Positions 9,910 to 19,738 of a DNA stretch of 64,000 nt are shown piece by piece. The stretch comes from a virus (taxonomy: Duplodnaviria; Caudoviricetes). The translations under genes and the position numbers were made by a program. The DNA is taken from IMG/VR virus record IMGVR_UViG_3300031555_004297; one strand, given 5' to 3'. The notes beneath the pieces are model-generated. The model was not told the origin of the DNA and did not search any database. It saw only the letters and a program-made list of their open reading frames with translations. Within the stretch, counting starts at the first letter, position 1. Every line of letters begins with the position of its first letter.

Positions 9910-10644
9910 TCACTTATTTTCACCATCTACAAGCTCTCTAATACGACCCTTTACAAGATCTACAATATCCTCCATCTTGGGAAGATTGTAGGCTCCAGAT
10001 GGATCTACATAGATAAAGTGTTTAGCAAGAATGGTTTGAGCATCATCGCCATTATAAGTTTTAGTAGCTTCCTCAATATGCTCAAGAGTTTCTAACTGCT
10101 CTGGAAGCATATAAGGTTTGTAATGATTTACAAACTCTCTGTATTTTCCATATACAGCAGAAGTGGGGACAAATAAATAAGAGGCATGTACAAGCTGATG
10201 TACAGTCTCGGCCAAAGGAATAAGACCGACCATTAAATTATAATGCAGATACATTACTTCTTTAGCAACAAACTCTTCATCAAGAGGCTCATTATACGAT
10301 ATTCTTTTATTATAGACAATAAGCGCTATATCATACAAACTAAGCGGCTCATGATGAATTTCAATATGAATCTTCGTAGAATCGGCATTACTAAGATTTT
10401 TATAGAAAGCGCATCTATCCATATCGACATACTCTCTAAGATATTTAATCATAGCTTTGTATTCAAATGAAGTTCTAACACACATTTCAACAGCTTTTAT
10501 ATATTTCTGGAATGATTTATCATCATTCAGATCATAATCATAAAGGTTATACTCAGGAACCTCATGCATCTGTATGACTACAGGCGGATCTTCCATTTCA
10601 TATACCTTATTTCCAACAACATTCGGATCTCTCAAATAACTCAC
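9910..10644 (-). CDS. His-Me finger (HNH-like) protein, paralog of 1927..2604
   Basis: MDRC...IEIHHEPLSLYDI...LHY...LAETVHQLVH. Confidence 0.55.
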   Translation of the reverse strand: MSYLRDPNVVGNKVYEMEDPPVVIQMHEVPEYNLYDYDLNDDKSFQKYIKAVEMCVRTSFEYKAMIKYLREYVDMDRCAFYKNLSNADSTKIHIEIHHEPLSLYDIALIVYNKRISYNEPLDEEFVAKEVMYLHYNLMVGLIPLAETVHQLVHASYLFVPTSAVYGKYREFVNHYKPYMLPEQLETLEHIEEATKTYNGDDAQTILAKHFIYVDPSGAYNLPKMEDIVDLVKGRIRELVDGENK

Positions 10645-10717
10645 CTACTTTCTATCATTATAGAAATGTTAAAAGAAGCAGATAGGAGTCAAAAGACTCC
10701 TATCTGAATGTTTATAA

Positions 10718-12115
10718 TTATACTTCGTTATCCTTATTAGGAACGACTCTTTCAAAATCTTCCTCTTCGGTACCATCGGGAGCAATACCAGCAGCCTGCT
10801 CATATTCTTCATCAGTTACTTCAAAGGTCTCATCTACAATACCAAGATCTTCGTCCATAAAATTGAACGGATCTTCGATAAGAAGACGAGGATTCGTATA
10901 AAGATCGCAAAGTTCTTTTGTATTAAATCTAGAAATAGATCTAAACCAATCACCTACTGCTTGTGCATACATGCGGATTTCTGCCTGAGCATGCTTATCT
11001 TCTCTAAGATGCAAGAACATCAGGAAACTCTTTACCGTAAATGTCATATAGATCTTTCTGCACTGAACATTTCCTGGGAGGAATGCTCTAGCATCTTCTT
11101 TCAGAAGATGGTGTTCCTGACCAGCAACAACAGGATTCTGAAGCTGCTCATAAATCTTACATATTGCATCTCCAATTTCATCGAGAGTGAGATGCATGGG
11201 GCTAGATGCTCCAAATCTGATATTGTACTTATGAGTTGCATCATACTTATCAGGCTTAAACAATGCAGGTGAGCTAAAGCATCCCTTGCTATAGTCTACA
11301 TATCTCTGAGACTCCTGAGTAATGCCATTTCTATGTCTTACAAGCTGATGAGTGCAAGTACGGCTCATATTCTTAAAAAGAATAGTAATAGATGCAAACT
11401 TAATCAGATCGAATGTTGTAATCTTTTCGGCGATCTCGGGTTCAATACTATAGAGATTCGTATACAGCTTCTTGATACTATCCATACCAATTACTTCAAA
11501 AAGTTCTGTATTTGCAGACTCGGGAAGAGATGCACTAAGCAGTTTGAAGTTTTCATCGGGCTCGAGATTCTGGAACAAATCTTTATCAAGAAGCTCGTAT
11601 GCACAGATATCTTCAAATGCGGCAGAGTTTCCATACTGGTAAAGAAGTGCTGTAATTGCCTGAAGAACAGGATTATTTAGATCTTCAGCTTCTTTATAGA
11701 GATCTGTAAAGCCTCTATAAGATCCACCGATAATAAAATGCCAGTATGTACCGTCATTAGACATTACACTAAAAGTATTAAGATACTTTACAGTAGTAAG
11801 AAAATCTACAAATTCAGGTGCAAACTTTACAGCAACTTTAAGATATGCAACAAAGTTACTGTGCTCAAGAATAGACGTATGGCCAGTCTTAGATCTACGT
11901 CCTACATAATCTGCAATTCCTTGATAATCTTCAGGAATTGGCTTATCCCAACAGCATGCTGATGCGGTTGCACAGATTGGAATTGCGTTATTCATACCTA
12001 CCAGGTATGCTTTGACTGCTCCAAATCCGATGGATTCTTCAGTCACTTTCTTCTTTCCGCCAACTTTAGTTCTGATTTTGGACATGGCGGTTTCTTTGGT
12101 AAACGGGTTGTTCAT
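10718..12115 (-). CDS. thyX: Flavin-dependent thymidylate synthase (extended)
   Basis: GHTSILEH, SRTCTHQLVRHRNGITQESQRYV, EDARAFLP, LR..KHAQAEIR. Confidence 0.92.
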   Translation of the reverse strand: MNNPFTKETAMSKIRTKVGGKKKVTEESIGFGAVKAYLVGMNNAIPICATASACCWDKPIPEDYQGIADYVGRRSKTGHTSILEHSNFVAYLKVAVKFAPEFVDFLTTVKYLNTFSVMSNDGTYWHFIIGGSYRGFTDLYKEAEDLNNPVLQAITALLYQYGNSAAFEDICAYELLDKDLFQNLEPDENFKLLSASLPESANTELFEVIGMDSIKKLYTNLYSIEPEIAEKITTFDLIKFASITILFKNMSRTCTHQLVRHRNGITQESQRYVDYSKGCFSSPALFKPDKYDATHKYNIRFGASSPMHLTLDEIGDAICKIYEQLQNPVVAGQEHHLLKEDARAFLPGNVQCRKIYMTFTVKSFLMFLHLREDKHAQAEIRMYAQAVGDWFRSISRFNTKELCDLYTNPRLLIEDPFNFMDEDLGIVDETFEVTDEEYEQAAGIAPDGTEEEDFERVVPNKDNEV

Positions 12116-12837
12116 AGTTTTTCTACCTCCTTAATAATTCTATCCCAAATTTCATCTGCAATTTCACTTCTACTTTTAATTGTATTATCCTCATTAAGGA
12201 CATCAATCACGATAAGATTGATTCCTGCAGATGCAAAGACATTTGTTTGGATTGCTCTCTCAGAGCGCTCCCATACACCTTGAATAAAAGATGTATCAAG
12301 TTCATTTAAATCCTTATTAGCTTTCTCAGCGATGAGCTGTCGAAGCACATCAAATGATTTCATTCTCATCCATACTACGATATCAGGTGTAGGAATTCCA
12401 TATACCTTTTCATCGTAGAGAAGGTCTTCAACAGATACGTTATTTTGATCCTTCATAGGATTATAAATAGCATTGGAAGAGCTGTATCTATCAAACAAGA
12501 ATACAGACTCTTTGTTTTTAAGCTTATCAATATTTCTTTGTATTCCATGTACTGATTCATACCAATATGCGAGTCTATCAGCACAATATAGATTGCAAGT
12601 AGCGATCGGATGCGATTTCATATGATCTCTATCAAGAGATCCATCTAACCATTTCTCAAGCATCAAAGCAGGTTGAGTTCCATATCTTGGAAATGATTCT
12701 GTAATAATTTCTACATCTGCTTCATAGCGAAGGCGAGCAGCAAAAGTTTTATAATTCGTTTCCTTAAACGAATTATCTAGACCTTCAAATGCAATTATTC
12801 GACCATTAAGCATTTCTTCAAAGTCAGTCATTTTCAT
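12112..12837 (-). CDS. tmk: Thymidylate kinase-like dNMP kinase
   Basis: IIAFEGLD..K, FPRY, DR, FDRYSSSN and PDIVV motifs; coupled to thyX. Confidence 0.8.
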   Translation of the reverse strand: MKMTDFEEMLNGRIIAFEGLDNSFKETNYKTFAARLRYEADVEIITESFPRYGTQPALMLEKWLDGSLDRDHMKSHPIATCNLYCADRLAYWYESVHGIQRNIDKLKNKESVFLFDRYSSSNAIYNPMKDQNNVSVEDLLYDEKVYGIPTPDIVVWMRMKSFDVLRQLIAEKANKDLNELDTSFIQGVWERSERAIQTNVFASAGINLIVIDVLNEDNTIKSRSEIADEIWDRIIKEVEKL

Positions 12838-12936
12838 TCTCCTTTTATGTAATAATTACTTAATTGTATTGATCTCTGTATAATCATAAAAATATGCTTA
12901 AAGATATAATATAATAATGAAAGGAAGTGATTTAAC

Positions 12937-13749
12937 TTGACAAATTTTGAATGGGACTTCTATCAACCTATAGCAAAAAGATTATTTGACTATATGAATG
13001 GTAGAATTAATAAAATGAATAACCGATGTATTCTATACATCGATATGTATGATAATATTCGTAATACTTATGCTACTATTCGATATCCAAATCATATATT
13101 TCTTCATCTGGGAAATATTATAGATAGTTGGAATAATGAGTGGTATGGTATTATCAAAAAAGAAGAATATGTTTGCACTGTATTGGCTTGGGCCATTGCA
13201 CATGAATTATTTCATGCAGATCAAGCTATTCAAATGGTAATGTATATGAGCAATAATGCCTATAAAGAGGATAAAGAAAATGACGTACAACGATCTAGCT
13301 ATGATTGGGTGAGCGATAACCAATTTGTTTTATCAAATCTTATAGGAATTAGAATTGATATGGAGGCAATCACGTCAGATTCGCTTCCAGATGAAGGTCA
13401 TTATAGAAAGGCATCACCTGCAGAGTTTTATAAGCAGACTATAGCCAATACCATTCTAAAAGACCTTCAACTATTTAATAAATTAACATTTTTTACAAAT
13501 GATGCTGAGGCTGATGATATCATACTGATGTTTAATTCTAAAGAATCAGTTGTTATTAAAAGTGGAGGCAGATATCTTGCAGAAAATATAAGTGCATTTA
13601 GTGATATGACATATCGCTATGTAGCATATTATGATGTCTATGTCGTAAATGTAAATGTAGAAACTATAATGCGAGATGGACGATCTGTAGTTATAGTGGA
13701 TTTGAAAATTGATAATCCACTATTCTATCCAATGATGTTTAAAAAATAG
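12937..13749 (+). CDS. Zincin-like HExxH protein
   Basis: AIAHELFHA followed by E..V; early promoter GATATAATATA at 12903. Confidence 0.6.
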   Translation: MTNFEWDFYQPIAKRLFDYMNGRINKMNNRCILYIDMYDNIRNTYATIRYPNHIFLHLGNIIDSWNNEWYGIIKKEEYVCTVLAWAIAHELFHADQAIQMVMYMSNNAYKEDKENDVQRSSYDWVSDNQFVLSNLIGIRIDMEAITSDSLPDEGHYRKASPAEFYKQTIANTILKDLQLFNKLTFFTNDAEADDIILMFNSKESVVIKSGGRYLAENISAFSDMTYRYVAYYDVYVVNVNVETIMRDGRSVVIVDLKIDNPLFYPMMFKK

Positions 13750-13765
13750 AGAGGAGATATGACAA

Positions 13766-14314
13766 ATGAAACATTATGCTAAATGGATGGAAGTTCAGAA
13801 AATCCATCCGCAAGATGATTACATGCTAAGGATTAATTATACGAAAATGCTTAGCGCTTGTCCAGATTTAGCAGATGTATGTCTTAATGATTTCTTAAAA
13901 TGTTGTAATTCTGTATTTATTCTTGTAGATAAGATTTATGGCAATACTCTTGGAATCATTGCAATTAGACAAGCATCTGTAGAAGAATTAAAGATTGCTG
14001 GTCTCGGATACTATTGTTTAGATAATCAAGCTTTATATAAGATTGAAGCCTTCCATTGTGATAGTAATGTCTCAGATGAAGACTGTTCTAAGCTAATTAA
14101 CACAGCTATCGCAGATAAGAATGATGGATTTATCTTCTATCGTCCAGTCTGCCCTACGGTTAAAGATCGAGAGAACTTTAAAGATTTTGTAGGATTTACT
14201 GAAACTACAGTTGTAAAAGATAATAAAGAATTAAATTACTTTGTTAAACCGCCGGCAGTATATGGAGAAGCTTCTCCAGAACGTCAAATAGAAGAAGTAA
14301 CAGAGTTGGCTTAA
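13766..14314 (+). CDS. Hypothetical protein, possibly degenerate GNAT fold
   Basis: LGIIAI...YKIEAFHC...KLINTAI...F..FVGF pattern; SD AGGAG. Confidence 0.5.
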   Translation: MKHYAKWMEVQKIHPQDDYMLRINYTKMLSACPDLADVCLNDFLKCCNSVFILVDKIYGNTLGIIAIRQASVEELKIAGLGYYCLDNQALYKIEAFHCDSNVSDEDCSKLINTAIADKNDGFIFYRPVCPTVKDRENFKDFVGFTETTVVKDNKELNYFVKPPAVYGEASPERQIEEVTELA

Positions 14315-14329
14315 TTGCCAACTCTGTTA
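14298..14329. terminator. Terminator between convergent genes
   Basis: TAACAGAGTTGGC/GCCAACTCTGTTA followed by a T-run. Confidence 0.8.
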
Positions 14330-14340
14330 TTTTTTTTTGT

Positions 14341-14880
14341 TTACTTTACCCAAGAAGGGCAGGGAGCGAATACACGAATGCTCTCATGAGCAGGAACTAC
14401 GGTAGGTGTCTTAGAATAACGATCACTGCCATCGTCATTAACTCCAACCTTCTGCGGGAAGAGACGAGTAGTAGCTTCTACTTTCTTAAGACCAAGAGAT
14501 ACGTCAGAATGCTCTCTTGCTCCAAGAGGAAGCTTACGACCAGTCTGAAGGAAGGTATTAACAAACTCCTTAGAGATGCTTACCATAGAAGCAGCTTCAG
14601 ACTTCTTAACTTCATAGCCTTCCATAAGCTGAGTAGCCTCTGCCATAGGAACCTTTGCCGCATTAGAGATTACACTTGCGCACATCTGCTGGAAGTCACG
14701 TGCAGGATTATAGCTCATTTCTTTACCATCTTTACCATAGATATCTACAGTATAAGAAGTATCGCTAAGCATTGCCTGCATAACACGGATCTCGTCCTTT
14801 CTGGACGAGCTTACTTGGTTAAGACCTGTAGAAATTTCTTCAATCAAGGCCTTTACGGTGATTTCGCCTTCGTTGTTCAT
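14341..14880 (-). CDS. Divergent HU/IHF-like DNA-binding protein
   Basis: Start at 14880 after AGGAGG. KKSEAASMV...FLQTGRKLPLG...LKKVEATTR.FP...VVPAHESIRV follows the HU helix and beta-arm pattern. Confidence 0.55.
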   Translation of the reverse strand: MNNEGEITVKALIEEISTGLNQVSSSRKDEIRVMQAMLSDTSYTVDIYGKDGKEMSYNPARDFQQMCASVISNAAKVPMAEATQLMEGYEVKKSEAASMVSISKEFVNTFLQTGRKLPLGAREHSDVSLGLKKVEATTRLFPQKVGVNDDGSDRYSKTPTVVPAHESIRVFAPCPSWVK

Positions 14881-14935
14881 TTGGAATCCTCCTAAATTAT
14901 ATTTTTTATATTTATGATAAAAGAGATCATTTATC

Positions 14936-15115
14936 TCATTTATTAATAGTTTCTGCATTGGGCTTATTATCAAAAAAGATCATAGGCTCAATTAGCTTTC
15001 TAGGTTTTCCCTTTTCTGTAATTAATCGATTTACTTCTTCAGGCGTTGCTTCTGCAAGAAACTTGATAAAGTTATCTCGAGTGATTGTCTGCATATATGA
15101 TTTTTCTTTTTTCAA
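14936..15115 (-). CDS. Small 59-aa protein missed by the ORF track
   Basis: MKKEKSYMQTITRDNFIKFLAEATPEEVNRLITEKGKPRKLIEPMIFFDNKPNAETINK; TTG start after GAAGGA (or ATG at 15094); late-type CACT-ATTAAA-TA upstream. Confidence 0.7.
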   Translation of the reverse strand: MKKEKSYMQTITRDNFIKFLAEATPEEVNRLITEKGKPRKLIEPMIFFDNKPNAETINK

Positions 15116-15268
15116 AGTTCAATCCTTCTTTCTTAGGATTATTTAATAGTGTCCTTTATACTTTCCTACATAGGCCACTATTGGATTACTTGAATGTGAA
15201 CGCCCGTGTAAAGGTTAACTTGGGAACGTTCCAACTTATTAATAATTCAATAAAAGGGGTGAGAAATT

Positions 15269-17920
15269 ATGAAAATGATGGATGAACTGAAACCTTTGTT
15301 TCTTTATCCCAAATCTATGAAAGTACATGCTCCTGTAAACGAAAAAGATAAGAAAAAAGGAGCTGCTATTATGCTCCTTAGTAAAGATACAACAACCTCG
15401 TCTAAAATGATGAGATTGCCATATCTTCATAATCCTAATCTTTTCTCAGCATATTATATTGACAGAAATGCCATGGCATATATCGATAATGTCGGTATTG
15501 AAAATATAGATTTTGATGAAAAGGAAGCTGAAAGCATTTCTGAAGGAATTATCTTCAGCTCTATTGGGAAAACAAAATTTAAATTCGATGACAAGGCTAC
15601 TGTCATCGATACAAGGAGAATTCAGGAAGTCTTTAGCCAGAAGTCTATCGAAGAGTTTGCTAAAGGAATTAGAACTACAAAAACTCCAGAAACCATTAAG
15701 ATTATAGTCTATCCAAATGTATCCGCTCTTAGAAGTGCTGCTCCTAAGAATATTCAGAATGTTTATGGAGATTACTTATATTCATTCGTATCCAATGATG
15801 CAGTTCATGTTATGTCTTATGCATATTATGATGAAGAGCTCATGGGAGGTAATTATATTGTATATCTCAGAAAAGCACTATATCAATTCTTGATCGAGTT
15901 CTATAATGATGATATTCCTACCACAATGTCTCATGTAATTGCATCAGGTCTTTCTGGTCAAGCCGCTTGGCTTAGCGAGAATAAGAGTAGAAATAGATAT
16001 AATCTCGGAGAGCTTAAGAAACTTGCTGAACAGATAGAGAATATGGCTAGGCCTAAAGCTTGGGAGCTTACAAGGGAATATATTAAGCATAATGATATAA
16101 ATATTTTTAGAAGATATCAAGCAAATCAATTTATTGGTATTGCTAAGAGATTAATCTTTGAGAGCTCACTTAGCTATATGCAGCGTGAAAGACTTCTTCC
16201 TTCCGAATTTGGTCTTCCTAACAAGAGAAAATATCCAATGCATGATGAAGAACATGTTCGTCTTGCTTTGAAGATGTTTAATAATGCAGATGAAGATGAG
16301 GAAGAAGAGCTTGCAAATAATATTGTAAAGAAAGCTAAATATTTTGGTATTACTGATCTTAAAGCTAGTGCAGCAAATAGATTCAGAAAATTCTACGATC
16401 CTGCCACGCTTAAACCAGTAGATCCTAATGCTAAAAATAAAAAGAGTGATGGCAGTGTTAAGCAAGAATTTGCTATACTTGAAGCTGGTCCTCTTGGTAC
16501 TGATTATATGGATATTGTAAAGATCTGTAATAATTTAAGTGCTAATGAGCTTTCTCGTATCACGTTCTATGATACCTATAGAAATTCTAATTTTGTAGCT
16601 AAGCGTATTATTAAAAGAGTAGGTCCAGAACCTGCTGGATTTCTTGATGCATATATCTTTCCTTCTAATCCTGATCTTGCACAGATCGTAATTGCAGTTG
16701 ATCCTAGGTTTAGAGGTCAGCATGTTGCAGATGATATGGTGGATGAGCTTCTTAATGGAGATTTTGCTAAAACGTATGAGTTTAAGATCTTCTATTGGAC
16801 TGCTCATCCCGATAATGCTGCTTCTCAAGCATTGGCATCAAAACATGGATTTATTGATACGGGCCATCTAGATAAATATGGCCGTAAAGTTTTCATTAAG
16901 AAAGTTAAAGATGACAATGAAATCTGGAAAGAGATCCCTGCTCATATGAAGCCGGCTCATTCTTCTGAAGAGGTTGTTGAGACAGAGCTTTCTTTTGTTA
17001 CTAAAGAGATGGCTCTTCTTACTGAAAGTAAGGATAGAGAATATTCTCAGAAACTTAAAGCGTATTTATATAAAGAACGTATCAGAAATAATAAAGATGC
17101 TGTTCTTCTTTATGATAGAATCAAAGAATCTAATCCTGAGATCAAGAAGACATATATCAAACTTGAGATGTATAGAAACTTTAATCTTTTCGTAGATCTT
17201 TCTTACTATCATGGATTATTCTTGAAGAATAATGCAACTGTTCTTGATAGAGCTGTCAACTTCTATTTTGAGTTTATCAATAGACTCATTAACAATAGTG
17301 AAGTTAATGCTACTTATAAGAAACAAACTATTTTTATTCCTGTAGACCTCTCTGCATGGGATGTTGCGAACGATACTGACCTGACAGACTATAAGAAGAG
17401 TTTGAACCCAATTTCAATTATCTGTCGTCTTATACGCACCAATCCAGAGGCTCTCAGGAAGGCTTGGGGAAATAAATCTATTGTCTTCGTTGGAACTAGA
17501 GGATATTTCACAGTAGATTTCAAGGACTTCGATATTAAGAAGCTTGCTAGATTTAAGAATAATCTTAAGAAGCTTACTTCTGATTCAGAAGTAGTTATAG
17601 ATGACTATGAAACTGATCCAGATGTTCTTGGAGGAGAAGACAAAGATACTCCTAAAGCTAGAGCTGCTAGAATGATCGATAAGATTGAACAAGGAAGTGG
17701 AGTATCTATCAATAATATTGAAAAGATTGATATTCCTGTTCAAGCCATTGAGCATCTTGCTATGAAGACTGGAGTTCTCGATATTGATCCTGCTTCTGCT
17801 ACATCTGTTAATGGTATTGCTATCGTAGCTCTTGATGTTGACGATAAGCATGAGGCTCTTGCAAATACCGTATTTAATAAAGCTAAAGGAATCGATACAT
17901 TCTGTCTTCCTAATAAATAA
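15269..17920 (+). CDS. Multidomain late/virion protein with GNAT acetyltransferase domain
   Basis: IAVDPRFRGQHVA...HPDNAASQALASKHGF (GNAT); FGLPNKRKYPMHDEEHVRLA (DUF6582-like); late promoter AACT-TATTAA-TA. Confidence 0.75.
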   Translation: MKMMDELKPLFLYPKSMKVHAPVNEKDKKKGAAIMLLSKDTTTSSKMMRLPYLHNPNLFSAYYIDRNAMAYIDNVGIENIDFDEKEAESISEGIIFSSIGKTKFKFDDKATVIDTRRIQEVFSQKSIEEFAKGIRTTKTPETIKIIVYPNVSALRSAAPKNIQNVYGDYLYSFVSNDAVHVMSYAYYDEELMGGNYIVYLRKALYQFLIEFYNDDIPTTMSHVIASGLSGQAAWLSENKSRNRYNLGELKKLAEQIENMARPKAWELTREYIKHNDINIFRRYQANQFIGIAKRLIFESSLSYMQRERLLPSEFGLPNKRKYPMHDEEHVRLALKMFNNADEDEEEELANNIVKKAKYFGITDLKASAANRFRKFYDPATLKPVDPNAKNKKSDGSVKQEFAILEAGPLGTDYMDIVKICNNLSANELSRITFYDTYRNSNFVAKRIIKRVGPEPAGFLDAYIFPSNPDLAQIVIAVDPRFRGQHVADDMVDELLNGDFAKTYEFKIFYWTAHPDNAASQALASKHGFIDTGHLDKYGRKVFIKKVKDDNEIWKEIPAHMKPAHSSEEVVETELSFVTKEMALLTESKDREYSQKLKAYLYKERIRNNKDAVLLYDRIKESNPEIKKTYIKLEMYRNFNLFVDLSYYHGLFLKNNATVLDRAVNFYFEFINRLINNSEVNATYKKQTIFIPVDLSAWDVANDTDLTDYKKSLNPISIICRLIRTNPEALRKAWGNKSIVFVGTRGYFTVDFKDFDIKKLARFKNNLKKLTSDSEVVIDDYETDPDVLGGEDKDTPKARAARMIDKIEQGSGVSINNIEKIDIPVQAIEHLAMKTGVLDIDPASATSVNGIAIVALDVDDKHEALANTVFNKAKGIDTFCLPNK

Positions 17921-17927
17921 AAAAAAT

Positions 17928-17956
17928 AACCGCTAGAGGGATTTCCTCTAGCGGTT
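17928..17956. terminator. Bidirectional terminator
   Basis: AACCGCTAGAGG/CCTCTAGCGGTT flanked by A- and T-runs. Confidence 0.85.
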
Positions 17957-17962
17957 TTTATA

Positions 17963-19720
17963 TTAATTAAATTCGTATACGTTATGTACAGCACTAGGTA
18001 CAAGGAACTGATTACAAGTTGCCATAATACCAATAATGCGAGCAACAGTATCAAGAATCGTAACGTCAGACATAATAGAAGTCTTAACATTGGTATCCCA
18101 TTTCTTGGTACGAATATTGTATACCATGGGTTCAGTTGCGCATGCATTAATCTTAATAATGTCAAACTTATCAGGAACGTCTCCTACATCTTCTGTAGCA
18201 TAAAGCGTAAGAACAAGCTCTCTATAAGCTGAATAGATAGCTTTATACAAAGCATTTTCTAGAGGATCTCCAGTTACAGCTACTTCAGAAGTGGCATTAT
18301 CGCTGTCAGCTGCATCAACATTATACAGTTCTACAATAGCTTTTACAGCAGACAGATTAGCAGCAAGGCCAACACCATTAGCTCCAGCGGAACGCAGGTT
18401 AAGTACAGCATCTTCTACAAGATCGCGGAGAGCATCTCTATCAGTTTGTGTAAGTCCACCCACATAAAGCTCTACCATATTACATTCAAGCGAATGCAGG
18501 CGACGCTTAAGAGTTCCGATAGTTCTAGCATCTTCACCCTCCTTAGAAGCGCGATCAATCTCTGTTCTAAGGAAAGCAATAAGATTATTGTAGATTTCAG
18601 AATATGATCCATCTTCATTACGAAGAAGAGACGGGTTAACAAAAGTTGTCTTCTCAGAATAAGAAACAACCTTATCACAATGTCCAGCCCAGTTCTTAAT
18701 CGTAGACGGAGTGGGAGCTCTTCCAGCTTCTACATCGGCCTGATATACCTTAGGATCAATATACTTACGAATCATCTTCGCACCGCACATTCTTGCAAGA
18801 TCCTCAAGCTGCTCAGGCTCATGATACTCGGTAATCACGCACACGGGAAGCTTATTTTCAGAAGATGCCTGAGCCATATAATTGATAAGACTATCCATAG
18901 AACCAGACAAATCCTGAGAAATCTTAGGAGCAAAGATTACAGTGGGCACAATCTCATCATAGTTTCCATCATTTACAGGAGTAATGAGATTCTGAGAAAT
19001 AATAGAACTAAGATAAGCAGCCATTTCTGCTGTATCTACAGGATGCTCAAAGAAGTAAAGTTCAGGATTAGGAACTTCACACGTATTGGTTTTGGGATTG
19101 GTAATGTAACAGGGATTATTATAACCACTATTAAGGGTCATACCATCATAGCTCTTGATTACCATCTCAGTGCCCATCGCGGGGCTTACATCGATATATG
19201 CACTGTTACCAAACTGCTCATAAATCTTATAAAGCGTCTGGGCAACAAATTCATTACCATTTGTAGAAATCATTGCAATATCATATACATCCTGAAGGGT
19301 GAGCTCAGTTGCAGACATCTTGATTCTAGCTTTAATATTTTCTACGACCTTTTCAAGAGCCTTAACAATCTCTACAGGTCTATACTTTCCAGAGGCTTCG
19401 ATCTCCTTAATCTGATTAAAGATAAGATTAGAAAGAAGTACTGCCGAAGTAGTACCATCGCCAACAGTCTTTACGATGTGACGAGTAATAGACTCGATGT
19501 CATCCTTAATAGACTGCTCGATAATACCATTATACTGAATAGATCCGAGAATGCTATGGCCATCTTTTGTATAACGAGCAAATGCATTCTCTTTCTTCAA
19601 ACAAGCATTAGATCCATTAGGACCAAATGAATGCACAAGAATCTCAGAAAGCTCTCCAAGAACATTCGACTGAACTGTTCTCAGTGTAGAGCCTCTAACT
19701 ACGTTGTTGATAATTTTCAT
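17963..19720 (-). CDS. groEL: Phage GroEL-like chaperonin
   Basis: SFGPNG, TKDG, VGDGTTSA, ISTNG, VGG.T and VEDAV motifs. Confidence 0.9.
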   Translation of the reverse strand: MKIINNVVRGSTLRTVQSNVLGELSEILVHSFGPNGSNACLKKENAFARYTKDGHSILGSIQYNGIIEQSIKDDIESITRHIVKTVGDGTTSAVLLSNLIFNQIKEIEASGKYRPVEIVKALEKVVENIKARIKMSATELTLQDVYDIAMISTNGNEFVAQTLYKIYEQFGNSAYIDVSPAMGTEMVIKSYDGMTLNSGYNNPCYITNPKTNTCEVPNPELYFFEHPVDTAEMAAYLSSIISQNLITPVNDGNYDEIVPTVIFAPKISQDLSGSMDSLINYMAQASSENKLPVCVITEYHEPEQLEDLARMCGAKMIRKYIDPKVYQADVEAGRAPTPSTIKNWAGHCDKVVSYSEKTTFVNPSLLRNEDGSYSEIYNNLIAFLRTEIDRASKEGEDARTIGTLKRRLHSLECNMVELYVGGLTQTDRDALRDLVEDAVLNLRSAGANGVGLAANLSAVKAIVELYNVDAADSDNATSEVAVTGDPLENALYKAIYSAYRELVLTLYATEDVGDVPDKFDIIKINACATEPMVYNIRTKKWDTNVKTSIMSDVTILDTVARIIGIMATCNQFLVPSAVHNVYEFN

Positions 19721-19738
19721 AGTTCGATTTCTCCTTTA

